DNA of 63,668 bases, the filler included, from Octopus bimaculoides (Eukaryota): NCBI RefSeq assembly GCF_001194135.2. It is 8 parts of 7 records of this genome, joined end to end, with 100 filler letters (N's around TTAATTAATTAA, not from the genome) between each part and the next. Parts side by side here need not be neighbours in the genome. Positions count along the whole stretch, not along the records: positions 1 to 6,260 come from NC_068999.1; positions 6,361 to 14,671 come from NC_068986.1; 6 more parts are not named here. The stretch is one strand, 5' to 3'. A program made the translations under genes and the position numbers. Under the pieces are notes generated by a model that was not told the DNA's origin, made no database searches, and saw only the letters and a program-made list of their open reading frames with translations. Positions 1 through 11,812 of this stretch are shown here, in pieces (the first letter of the stretch is position 1; the number at the start of each line of letters is the position of its first letter).

Positions 1-30
1 CAAACACTCACACATATATATACATATATA

Positions 31-158
31 CGACGGGCTTCTTTCAGTTTCCGTCTACCAAATCCACTCACAAGGCTTTGGTCGGCCCGCGGCTATAGTA
101 GAAGACACTTGCTCAAGGTGCCACGCAGTGGGACTGAACCCGGAACCATGTGGTCGAG
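31..158 (-). mobile_element. SINE family A, 5' half
   Basis: Reverse complement matches the head/body of the full copy at 58338-58733 (GGTTCAGTCCCACTGCGTGGCACCTT...GGAAACTGAAAGAAGCCCGTCG). Confidence 0.85.
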
Positions 159-179
159 CTTTATCTAACTTTAATACAT

Positions 180-203
180 ATATATATGTATGTGTGCGCT
201 TGT

Positions 204-234
<31 letters not shown>

Positions 235-653
235 CATAAGTGGGTTCATCTAAGTATACCTGATTGCGCATGCACGTGTCATTGTCCGTTCGTGTGTGAC
301 CATGTGCATGTGTGGTATGAAGTCTCGTACCTGTAACAGTGTGTGTGTATATTTTTGTGAGACTATGTGCGCACGCGAGTGTGTGTGTGTATGTGTGTGT
401 GTCTGTTTTTGTGTGTGTGTCTGTTTGTGTGTGTGTGTGTCTCTTTGTGTGGGTGGGTGTATGTGTTATTTTTTTTGTGTGTGCATGTATGTAAAGAAGT
501 ATCCGTGTGCGTGCATGTGTGGATGTGTGTGTGTGTGTGTGTGTGTGTGTCGTATGTATTCACGTTGGACAATTAATTACATGACAGATACCCGGATGTA
601 AATTCCTGTCGCGTCATTCCGGGAGATATTTCAGACAAGTCCCTACATGAACC

Positions 654-704
<51 letters not shown>

Positions 705-752
705 ACAGTTGCTACTCTGCACACACGCACACACACACACACACACGCACAC
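180..752. repeat. Compound (TG)n/(CA)n microsatellite tract
   Basis: Directly visible dinucleotide runs; source of the poly-HT/poly-VC ORFs. Confidence 0.9.
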
Positions 753-1636
753 NNNNNNNNNNNNNNNNNNNNNNNNNNNNNNNNNNNNNNNNNNNNNNNN
801 NNNNNNNNNNNNNNNNNNNNNNNNNNNNNNNNNNNNNNNNNNNNNNNNNNNNNNNNNNNNNNNNNNNNNNNNNNNNNNNNNNNNNNNNNNNNNNNNNNNN
901 NNNNNNNNNNNNNNNNNNNNNNNNNNNNNNNNNNNNNNNNNNNNNNNNNNNNNNNNNNNNNNNNNNNNNNNNNNNNNNNNNNNNNNNNNNNNNNNNNNNN
1001 NNNNNNNNNNNNNNNNNNNNNNNNNNNNNNNNNNNNNNNNNNNNNNNNNNNNNNNNNNNNNNNNNNNNNNNNNNNNNNNNNNNNNNNNNNNNNNNNNNNN
1101 NNNNNNNNNNNNNNNNNNNNNNNNNNNNNNNNNNNNNNNNNNNNNNNNNNNNNNNNNNNNNNNNNNNNNNNNNNNNNNNNNNNNNNNNNNNNNNNNNNNN
1201 NNNNNNNNNNNNNNNNNNNNNNNNNNNNNNNNNNNNNNNNNNNNNNNNNNNNNNNNNNNNNNNNNNNNNNNNNNNNNNNNNNNNNNNNNNNNNNNNNNNN
1301 NNNNNNNNNNNNNNNNNNNNNNNNNNNNNNNNNNNNNNNNNNNNNNNNNNNNNNNNNNNNNNNNNNNNNNNNNNNNNNNNNNNNNNNNNNNNNNNNNNNN
1401 NNNNNNNNNNNNNNNNNNNNNNNNNNNNNNNNNNNNNNNNNNNNNNNNNNNNNNNNNNNNNNNNNNNNNNNNNNNNNNNNNNNNNNNNNNNNNNNNNNNN
1501 NNNNNNNNNNNNNNNNNNNNNNNNNNNNNNNNNNNNNNNNNNNNNNNNNNNNNNNNNNNNNNNNNNNNNNNNNNNNNNNNNNNNNNNNNNNNTGGTAAAT
1601 GAAAGACGGAAGGTGGAATCGACGAAAATTTTATTA

Positions 1637-1742
1637 ATCACGACAATTGTTTCGACACATCTAGCATCGATCCGTCACGGGTGGGATACTCAACAACTAG
1701 TTCAGGTACATCCGGTGGTGCAGATGTGTCTTATCGGATGAT
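1637..1742 (-). ncRNA. Degenerate type I hammerhead-ribozyme-like motif (Penelope-type terminal repeat)
   Basis: Minus strand reads AUCAU-CCGAUAA-GACACAUCU...AGAUGUGUC-GAAAC-AAUU-GUC-GUGAU, followed by AAUAAA. Stems I, II and III pair; the core differs from CUGAUGA at two positions. Confidence 0.45.
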
Positions 1743-2133
1743 AAATAGATACAGTTTGTTAAAATAACAGTTCCGCAATGTATCTTTTCATTTCGTAGAA
1801 AGAAAAACAGCAAAACAAAGACTATATCCTCATTTATATAGAAAATCAAGAATAAAATCACAGACGGCAAAAAAGAAACGAATACGCAATGCGGCGAGAA
1901 ATGTATTAAAAATAACCGTTGACAGATATGGATATATAAGCTCTCTCGCGCAAACTGCATGGCGCGTTTGCATTCGCTCATCCAAGTATCCACGAAAATG
2001 TCAGCATACGCACACGTGTGGTTTGGTGCGCACACAAAGCCAGTTAAATAGCTACTTGGTGTTTATATGACTGGGGAGGTTAAGGCTAAACTTATTTCCT
2101 GCATACCTTAAAGTAAATTTTGTTAACAGTTAC

Positions 2134-2274
2134 TCTAATTCTTTGCCACTGCTTTGTGCGAAGGTATATTTATATGCATGTAGGCATCTTGCGAGTCTTT
2201 CAGCAACTCTATCAATGATCTTCTCATTGGTCCACAGAATAGGTAGGGATTCCTCGGAGCAGAATGGGCATCTC
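2134..2274 (-). CDS. Candidate 141-nt internal exon, unknown product
   Basis: tttccag acceptor and GA|gtaact donor; open phase 2-2 frame RCPFCSEESLPILWTNEKIIDRVAERLARCLHAYKYTFAQSSGKEL; no family recognised. Confidence 0.25.
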
Positions 2275-2459
2275 CTGGAAATTATATTGTATGGTTTTTC
2301 GTGCCTTACTATGGACCAAGCTATACTTAATTTTATCTATCTATATATATATACATACACACACATATATTTAAATGTTGGGTATGTTCCTAGTAGTACG
2401 CAGATAAAGTACGTTCACTGTCTACAGCTACCCGACGTCATCCACGGTAATAGCACAAA

Positions 2460-2637
2460 TGTTCTTTGCGGGCCATAGGGTGATAAGGCGGTTTCTCGAA
2501 TTCTGAGGCGAACCTGCCACACCCACCATTGGGTGGGACGCCGGTCTGTTGTAAGGCTACTCATTTTTGCCAGTTGAGTGGACTGATGCAGTCTTAAATG
2601 AAGCGTTTTCCTAAAAAAAAAAACACAACGCATCGCT
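2460..2637 (-). mobile_element. SINE fragment related to family C/G
   Basis: Minus strand GCGTTGTGT...CAGTCCACTCAACTGGCAAAAATGAGTAG...ACCGGCGTCCCA resembles the body of 37510-37814. Confidence 0.5.
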
Positions 2638-3281
2638 CAGTCTAAGAATCGAAACCGCTATCATACAAAGCCACATACCTTCACACATACAAATACACAC
2701 GCATGCATTCATGTATATATATACGTACATACATACACACACACCCACACACGCACAAACACACATATGTATGTATATTTCCATCATGTTGAATCGTTAA
2801 TCCTTACACGTTTTTTTTTTCTCATACAGTNNNNNNNNNNNNNNNNNNNNNNNNNNNNNNNNNNNNNNNNNNNNNNNNNNNNNNNNNNNNNNNNNNNNNN
2901 NNNNNNNNNNNNNNNNNNNNNNNNNNNNNNNNNNNNNNNNNNNNNNNNNNNNNNNNNNNNNNNNNNNNNNNNNNNNNNNNNNNNNNNNNNNNNNNNNNNN
3001 ATATACATACATGAATGCATACATACATATATGTATTATGTATATTTTCATCATGTGAATCGTTAACCACTACACATTTTTTCTCATACAGTCTAAGAAT
3101 CGAAACCGCTATCATACAAAGCCACATACCTTCACACATACAAATACACACGCATGCATTCATGTATATATATACGTACATACATACACACACACCCACA
3201 CACGCACAAACACACATATGTATGTATATTTCCATCATGTTGAATCGTTAATCCTTACACGTTTTTTTTTTCTCATACAGT
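2638..3281. repeat. About 193-bp unit repeated on both sides of a gap
   Basis: 2638-2830 and 3089-3281 are essentially identical; a variant partial unit lies at 3001-3091. Confidence 0.8.
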
Positions 3282-3949
3282 CGTATACGTATAGCGCGTG
3301 CGGTTGTATAATGGAGTAATCCGTTGTAAATAGAAGCATACAATGGCAATTACATGGCCGAATAACGCGTAACATGTCCAACCAAGTAGAGGAAGTTGAA
3401 CAACTTTGACAGTAGCGGCCTCTGGTGATGAGATAATACATCAGGCGTTGCTTGACTTCCTGTAATGAACTCGTCTTTATAGGAAGTCTTTCCGGTGTTC
3501 AACGAACGGGATCGATAGCTTAGGATATGGACATGGTTAAGCAGTTAATCATTTGGAATACTAGCGGTTATACGTACAGAGAGAAGCAAACAGAAGCGTA
3601 CACACAGATGTCTGCACATGATGACAGAGACACGTATATATACATACGTAAACTCGTAGGTGAATGCGTGAATAAATTTTTTACGTGTCTTTCAGTTGGG
3701 TTATTTATCTGATTGTGTGCGCGTGCATCCGCGCGCGCTTGTGTCAGTGTGTCTGTCTGTGTCTACCACAGTGTGAGTATGCTAATAGATGCATATGTTA
3801 ATCCGGTATAACATACACACAAACACACATATACATCAAATTACTAGCAGATATACGCACACACGCGCACACTATATAGATACACGTCACACATATACAC
3901 ACACAAACAAACACAGACACATACACACGTTTATCTATCTATCTATATA

Positions 3950-4029
<80 letters not shown>

Positions 4030-4054
4030 ATCTATCTATCTGTCTGTCTACCTG

Positions 4055-4441
4055 TCTATCCGTGGGATATGGGGGTTCATGGAAGTAACAGGTAAGCGAG
4101 TTATATTACACAGGTGAGATGGGTCAAGATTCCTAAGCAACATAATGAGAGCATCCGGTTTTAGTGTCAAGTTATTCAGTGGCATCCCAGTGGGTTTATG
4201 TGTGTTCAGAAATTCAACAGGGTATTGAACAACCAGATCACGATCCACTATTGACTAAAATCGACCAAAATGTCATTTCTGATGCATCTGTTAACTTTTG
4301 AAGAAGTTCATGATTGAGTTTATCACTCGTTTGATTAGTTGGAGCCAGTATAGCTCTTTCACATAACCAGTTTACATAAGTGTAATTGACAGATAAATTA
4401 GGAAATACTTTATTTATAAGATCCCTAAGAGAAAGTATCAT
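4055..4441 (-). pseudogene. Helitron RepHel Pif1-like helicase fragment, frameshifted
   Basis: DLINKVFPNL..NWLCERAILAPTN and QYPVEFLN..PTGMP..L.LK...IMLLRNLDPSHLCNITRL..HIPRI match Helitron helicase C-terminal motifs across two frames. Confidence 0.85.
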
Positions 4442-5175
4442 TTGATCGCATGTAATTTCATGTAGCTGAAGTCTTGAGTTGAATGTTAATATCTCATTAC
4501 CAATCTTAAGAAGTTCGTACGATCACCTTGAAGAAGTAGCCTGATTTTGCTTATAAAATGATGTTTTTTCACATGTCTCCGAAGGTACGATTTTTTAATG
4601 TATGTATGTATGTATGTATGTATGTATGTATGTATGTATGTGTGTATATATTTCTCCCTCTAAGTATGTATACACACAAGAGGGTGTGTATGGGTGTGTG
4701 TATGGGTGTGTGTATATATATATACATATATGTATATATATAATTATATATATAATTATATATATATATATANNNNNNNNNNNNNNNNNNNNNNNNNNNN
4801 NNNNATATATATATGTACGTATTTGTATATGGCATACACGATTATATATACATGCAAGTACATATATACATGCATGGTATATAGTTATGTACCTGTATAT
4901 ATGTATCTATATGTATTATCTTTCTTAGTCTCCTTCAATCTACCTATCTATCTGATTGTCTGTCTGTCTGTGTGTATGTTTGTCTGTCAGTCTCTGTGTG
5001 TGTCTATCTCTCTGTCTGACTGTCTGTCTGTCTGTCTCCCTTTCTCTCGTTCTCTATCTTGAATATATAATGTGTATACATATATATATATACATACATA
5101 TACATATGTATATATTATACACACATATATATGTATATAATGTACATGCATACATACACGCACACACGCGCATGA

Positions 5176-5206
<31 letters not shown>

Positions 5207-5372
5207 TGCACACACACACACACTCACACACGCATATATGTACGAAGTTTCCACGTACATCTATGGTTGCTGTGTGACCAGACCAGGTGTGGCGTAAAAA
5301 AAAATCAGAATAAAAAAAGAAGCTAGAAAACACCCCCCCCCAAAAAAAAACAACCCCTACACTCTCACCCAA

Positions 5373-5440
<68 letters not shown>

Positions 5441-5741
5441 CATAGCTTAACGACCGTTATGGCTGATTTTTCATCACGACTATTATAATGATGATAATGA
5501 CGATGGCAGAAGATGACGTTGATCAGAAAGTCTATTTCCATCACATTGCTCTTACAGCTGCTGCTGCTGCTGCTGTTGTTGTTGCTATTTTCCATCGATA
5601 TTTTTGATTGTTGTATTCTGTATTCATTGTTTACCAATATCACAATAAAAGGGTTATCCGCTGTCATTTAAACGCGTAAAGAAGGGCTTTATTTGTTTGG
5701 CAGTTTTATTTGGCTGTTTATTTTCCACCTCTGTTTATTTT

Positions 5742-5866
5742 CAATCCAGAGCCTCGTTTTCAATCCATAGCCTCGTTTTCAATCCAGAGCCTCGTTTTCA
5801 TTCCAGAGCCTCGTTTTCAATCCAGAGCCACGTTTTCAATCCAGAGCCTCGTTTTCATTCCAGAGC
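5742..5866 (+). repeat. 19-bp minisatellite, about 6.5 copies (CAATCCAGAGCCTCGTTTT)
   Basis: Units start at 5742, 5761, 5780, 5799, 5818, 5837 and 5856. Confidence 0.9.
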
Positions 5867-5962
5867 GTGGAACCGTGGACAAGTTTCTTCTACTATAGCC
5901 TCGGGCCAACCAAAGCTTTCTGAATGGATTTGGTAGAAGGAAACTGGAAGAAGCTCTTCGTA
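5867..5962 (+). mobile_element. SINE family A body fragment
   Basis: CAAGTTTCTTCTACTATAGCCTCGGGCCAACCAAAGC...GGAAACTGGAAGAAG matches family A. Confidence 0.7.
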
Positions 5963-5968
5963 CATATA

Positions 5969-6260
5969 CAGGGTACGGTGAATAAATTGTCATCTGAATT
6001 ACGCAAAAATTAAAATAACACTGACATCTCATTTTAACAGATATATTTACCAAAATTGCATAAAAATATCTTGAAATACTAAAGAGTAAATTTATTCAAT
6101 AAAATCGCCAGTGGCTTCAACAACGGCCTCCAGATAACTTCCGAATCTCCTGCAACACTTTTGGGCAGTCTTCTGGAAGTTGGTCAATGCTGCCATAATC
6201 CTTGCCTTCAGTTCATCTTTGGTGTTACAAGGAGTTTCGTTGGTCTCTTGCTCAACTGCG
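5969..6260 (-). mobile_element. Tc1/mariner-superfamily transposon 3' end with transposase C-terminus (6092-6259)
   Basis: Minus frame AVEQETNETPCNTKDELKARIMAALTNFQKTAQKCCRRFGSYLEAVVEATGDFIE*; terminus CAGGGT preceded by TA; truncated at the spacer. Confidence 0.8.
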
Positions 6261-6360
6261 NNNNNNNNNNNNNNNNNNNNNNNNNNNNNNNNNNNNNNNN
6301 NNNNTTAATTAATTAANNNNNNNNNNNNNNNNNNNNNNNNNNNNNNNNNNNNNNNNNNNN
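6261..6360. other. Artificial scaffold spacer N44-TTAATTAATTAA-N44
   Basis: Exact 100-nt layout; stop codons in all six frames. Confidence 0.95.
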
Positions 6361-7239
6361 TGTCAAACAATAGAATTTCTTTCTTTTTATTTTCACTATT
6401 ATCTTCTTTTTTTTTTTTTGGTATTAACAATATGGAATACTATCACATGGTTTACAGTTTTAAGTTTCAAAGTGAGAAATTCAAACATATAACTTTCATC
6501 GCATGATTTCGTATCAAAATTTGTTATTACTTTTTCAGTATCAAATAAACTTCGATTAAATATCGTCTGCAGTATTGGGCGAAAGTTTCATTGTTTACCT
6601 ATTTTAGCAACACACTAGACTTAAGTGCTTTCTGATAAAGTGTTTCATTCTTCAGTAATCGTTATATTTATGCGTGACTCAGAATTCCAATAAACAATAG
6701 ATCCTTTCAAACGTTTATAATTTAAAGGATATAAAGCGGTCTTTATACTATTGTTTGACTGAATTAGATTTAGAAATAGCTCAAAATATAAAGTTAACGT
6801 TGTCGGTATTAGACAAATTGTCAGCAAAGTTACAATGATATTGTTATTTCTGAAACTCTAAGGTGTTTGTTATGTTCGGAAATGTATTTATGGAAAACAT
6901 TCCTGAGTTCCTAACGGTATATCTACTGACTTCAAGATTTTCAGATTAATTATACCATAACATACTGCGATTTCTGTTTATATTATAATGCATTTCGTTT
7001 CATATTTGAACTCATCGGTGATACAGCTTCCGTTTAGCATTGACTGAATTGAGAAAAGAATTTTATGTGGGTATCTGATGCTTAACGATTACCCGTTGAG
7101 TTGAGTAAGTCGTTAGATGCTCCATCAGTAAGTTTTTGGTAACAAATTTGAGAGTATAAAATAATGTCAAGTATTTGTGATTAGTGACCACTTTTAATTA
7201 AAATAAAAACGATAAATCTCTCTCTCTCTCTCACACTCA

Positions 7240-7299
<60 letters not shown>

Positions 7300-8930
7300 C
7301 AAACATACCTGTTGTATGAACATGCTTATGCGTGTATGTATGTGTATATGTTTATGCATNNNNNNNNNNNNNNNNNNNNNNNNNNNNNNNNNNNNNNNNN
7401 NNNNNNNNNNNNNNNNNNNNNNNNNNNNNNNNNNNNNNNNNNNNNNNNNNNNNNNNNNNNNNNNNNNNNNNNNNNNNNNNNNNNNNNNNNNNNNNNNNNN
7501 NNNNNNNNNNNNNNNNNNNNNNNNNNNNNNNNNNNNNNNNNNNNNNNNNNNNNAGTGGATGAAAACTTTGAAAATTACCAACCTAAAGTTTAAAATGGTG
7601 ATAGTGAATTTCCAAGTAAAAATACAATAAAATCTGTCATTTCCTGACTCTATTTGAAGTTTTGTATCTGTCCTTTCATTTACCAATATATTATTATTAT
7701 CATATTTGTGTGACTAATATTCTGAAATCACGTTTTTTTTTTATTTCCAAATAATGAAAGAACAAACTCATATTACTGATATATTCCTAATTAATGTTTC
7801 ACAATATAACATTTATTATGTAGAGCAGATAATCTACAAGATGGAATATTGCTTGAAGTTTGGTCTGCCGAGATACTCTTTCTCGCAATGAGTGATCGAC
7901 ATAATTCATCAAATAATTATATCGTTACTTCGAATGATCTGTCTTCTAATACATCTGCACTACCTAAAGAGGAATCAACAGAAAATCTGTGGCTTATCCT
8001 TATATATATATACCTTCTCTTAGTCCTGCTAGTGACAGTGTTTTTGATAGCATTGTTAGCATCCGTTCAGACTTCCTTTCTCTGAAATTTAAACAGTCAT
8101 TGCAATAATAATCGCCTCGTCCTTCTGGAGGGTGTTTAATTCTCCATTTCTCTCAAGGACATTAGCAATATTTTAATATATCAGTAGTGGCTCATTTTGT
8201 TTCATCATGCATTTAACAGTAGATACTTGTTTCTGACGAAGCAGAAGAAGGCGGAAATGCACAGTAGTTAAACGCTGTTAAATGATTATTGCCTGCGACG
8301 GATATAAGTCCTTGTTTTTCAACACTTTAAGTCAATAAGACATACTATATAGGGACAAATAACACAGGTCTTCAATGATGTGTCTTTTCTATATAAGATA
8401 CACAGATTTGTGTTTTAGCCTCATACTGTAGAAGATCAAGCGACATAAAATGTATTTTTTTGATGATTCGATATAAATATCATTTGCAGATATGCGCACT
8501 TTTAGAAGCCTTATAAGATACAGAAATTTGAGTAGGCGTCAATGTTCTCTGTTTCACAAGTTCAAGTGTTTATTTTTCTATGTATCTTTTGTTACATTTA
8601 AAAGAGTTTCGTCTGGTTGTTGTTGCAGGTGCTACAATACCATTAACAAAACTTGCTTGATATAATTTATATTCTGGAATTAACATATGCATGCAGACAA
8701 TGTAAGGATACTTGTAACAATTATTAATTTTGACATCCAAAATTCAGTCACATTAGCTGGTATGTTCCAACTTATGCGTGCGTGAGATATTAAACACACA
8801 TATGCAATACTTTTCTCCTATAGGCACAACGTCTGAACGTCAGGTTGAGGCTGTTAGCCGATTACATTGACACCAGAGCTTCACTGGTATTATTCTATTA
8901 AATTATCTATTATTCTATATCGAATCACAT

Positions 8931-9450
8931 GAGACGGCTGATGGGGTGTTGGCTGAAGAAGTGGGATACAGAGTGAGGAAGGGGAGTAAGATACTTGGAG
9001 TTGTGAAAGGTATGCTGAGAGATAGATAGTTGAGTATGCAAGCGAAAAGAGGTGTGGTAGAGGGCGTGATTGTGGCGACAATGTTATATAGTGTAGAGAC
9101 ATAGAGGCTGAGAGAGACGCAAAGGAATTGACTAGATGTGTCTGAGATGAGATGAGATGTCTGAGGGTTACGGCTGGTGTGAAACGGGTGGACAGGATGA
9201 GGAATGAGGAGGTGCGAAGGCGAGCAAGAATAAGAGAAAAACTAAACACCAAAATAGATAGACGAAAGTGGAGGTAGTTTGGCCACATGGAGAGGATGGT
9301 TATGAAAGTAGAAATGGTAAGCAGCAGAAAAACAGGCAGACCTCGGTATGTGCAGATGAACGGAGTGAGAACATCTTTGGTGGTTAGACGTGTTGGAGTG
9401 AGAGAGGGGAGAACGTTTATGATAGGAAACCTTGCATAAGATTTCTGGAC
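8931..9450 (+). mobile_element. Decayed RTE-clade LINE, ORF C-terminal region
   Basis: EEVGYRV..VIVATMLYSVET*..EMR/CLRVTAGVKRVDRMRNEEVR..WR*FGHMERM..GRPR, with stops and a 5-nt duplication frameshift. Confidence 0.8.
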
Positions 9451-9972
9451 GGGATTATTGAATTTGATGTTCCTCAAAGGGATACGGAACAAGCATGATA
9501 GGGCAGGTGGTAAACCAGCATATGACCTCGGGTCCCGCTGTTGATATTGGGGGGTTGTGTTCTATAACATTGACCCTATCAAAAATCGGGGCTCGCTTCT
9601 TTGAGCTGGGAAATAAACGGAATGCCTGGTCTGTGACTTGAGGCTACCCAATCCTAAAAAATGGGGAATAGGCCTGGGNNNNNNNNNNNNNNNNNNNNNN
9701 NNNNNNNNNNNNNNNNNNNNNNNNNNNNNNNNNNNNNNNNNNNNNNNNNNNNNNNNNNNNNNNNNNNNNNNNNNNNNNNNNNNNNNNNNNNNNNNNNNNN
9801 NNNNNNNNNNNNNNNNNNNNNNNNNNNNNNNNNNNNNNNNNNNNNNNNNNNNNNNNNNNNNNNNNNNNNNNNNNNNNNNNNNNNNNNNNNNNNNNNNNNN
9901 NNNNNNNNNNNNNNNNNNNNNNNNNNNNNNNNNNNNNNNNNNNNNNNNNGGCACTTATGTAACTAACACAGG

Positions 9973-10363
9973 TACATCGACTCCAGTACTCGACTGGTAT
10001 TTTGTTTATCGGTATCAAAAAGAAGAAAGGCTACGTCAGGCTCGACGGAATTTAAAGCCAGTACTGAAAGACGGACGAAATGCCCGTAAGCATTTCGTTC
10101 GGTATGCTAACTATTCTGGCAGCTCACCGCTTTAAGACACGTTTGAAGTACTGATTTCAAATTCTGTCATGAGACCAGCGATTTTGGTGTTGCTGTTAAG
10201 TGGATTATATCAACCCCAGGGACAAACTGGTGCTTGTATTAACGACCCCCAAAAAATGAAAACCAAATTCAACCTTCAAAGATTTTGAACTCAGAGCCTA
10301 CAGATGAACGAAATGCTGCTAAACACTTTGCCCGGTGTGCAAACAATTCCACCAATTCGCCGC
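9973..10363 (-). mobile_element. Two SINE family B copies (9973-10133, 10150-10363)
   Basis: Reverse complement of the GGCGGTGAGCTGGCAGAATCGTTAGC...GAGTTCAAATTCC head with A/B-box-like motifs. Confidence 0.75.
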
Positions 10364-10810
10364 AAAGTTTCATGTACGACATCAAATTTGCTGTCATAAT
10401 TGTATGTCGGTAAAATAAATACCAATTGAGTATTGGGGTCGATATAATCGTCTAGAACTCTTCCCCTGCAATTATTGGGCTTGTTCCAAAATTTGAACCC
10501 AATATATAGATTCTCCATCACCTCTCTTCAAGTCCGCAGAGCAATTTATTAGTGGCGCTATGCTTTCCTGGTGATTCAATAGTCAGTATTCAGATCCTGA
10601 GTGTACATTTTTGTATTCTACATCATTTCCAACTGCCTATATCTTTTTTCTCACGCCTTCCTTCCAAACATCTGTCTACCTTGCTTATTACAATCGTGCA
10701 TACATCCACGCGCACATACCTATACACGTATTTATGCATGATTGCATGATTGCAAATATACATACTTACATGTGAATACCGATACCAATATCTATATCTA
10801 TCTATCACTT

Positions 10811-10844
<34 letters not shown>

Positions 10845-10988
10845 AATGAGTGTCTGTATATATTTTTACATGTATATAACTATTGACATATGTATGTTTA
10901 TATACAAGTGTAAGTATATATAAATGTGTGTTTGTGTTTGTGTACGTGTGTGTGTGTACATGTGTGTGTGTGAGTGTGTGTGTGTGTG

Positions 10989-11029
<41 letters not shown>

Positions 11030-11646
11030 ATGTACATAGACACAGATATGTATATAAATGCATATATTTACTATTCCATTTCACAAAGGATATTTATCTT
11101 GTCTTCTTGTCATATAATAAGTTATTACAAATAGTCTAATGTACAAAATTCTATATAACGCAGTTTGAGATTAAATTAGGTAGGTAGTAATTTCTTCAGC
11201 AATTGAAATCATAAATTACTTATGTAAAACTAGGGTATATAGTTTGACGTCAAGGTAAAATGCATTATCGTTATACTATAAATATAAAGTTTCTATACAT
11301 TATATCTCTACTAGAATTTAAAGACAGTAAAAGCAAAAGCGCGATAAATCCCATATCGAAAACATACAATTATTATCGCAGTGCAAATGCTATATACTCG
11401 GAAGCACGTAGGTTGATAAATTTTTGCAATCATACAAGAATTTATGAAATGATATTTGGTCAGAGTTGAGTTATAGTTGGAAGTGCACACATTTTGCATT
11501 CGTATCCTAGAAATATAGTCGTATCCTAGAAATTGTATGAATAGATACTGACGCATATGAATACAAGGATAAATTATGCTATATATATTAGTATAGGTAT
11601 ATATATATGCAGTTATACTTTTCTAACGAAACACATAGATAGCACT

Positions 11647-11682
<36 letters not shown>

Positions 11683-11775
11683 CGTGTGTGTGCGTGCGCG
11701 TGTGTGTGTGTGCGTGTGTGTGTGAACAACAAGCAGTTATGTTATTTTGACGCTCGGGAAAACGAAAAAAGTCTG

Positions 11776-11812
11776 TCTTTAACGTTTCGAGCCCACGCTC
11801 TTCAACAAAGAG
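11776..11812 (-). ncRNA. Minimal hammerhead-like motif (Penelope-type)
   Basis: CUCUU-UGUUGAA-GAGC GUGG GCUC-GAAAC-GUU-AAAGA; near-identical motif at 62913-62950. Confidence 0.4.

Noticed and set aside
296-1741. Long ORFs rich in HT/VC/IY dipeptides or X, here and throughout (e.g. 21286-21897, 36896-39113, 41806-42492)
   Set aside because: Translations of dinucleotide microsatellites and N-gaps.
5742-5866. 19-bp (and 24-bp at 32809-32990) repeats as a CRISPR array
   Set aside because: Contiguous tandem units with no unique spacers, in a eukaryotic context.
8890-9492. 200-aa minus-strand ORF
   Set aside because: Antisense shadow of the decayed plus-strand RTE fragment; no domain features.
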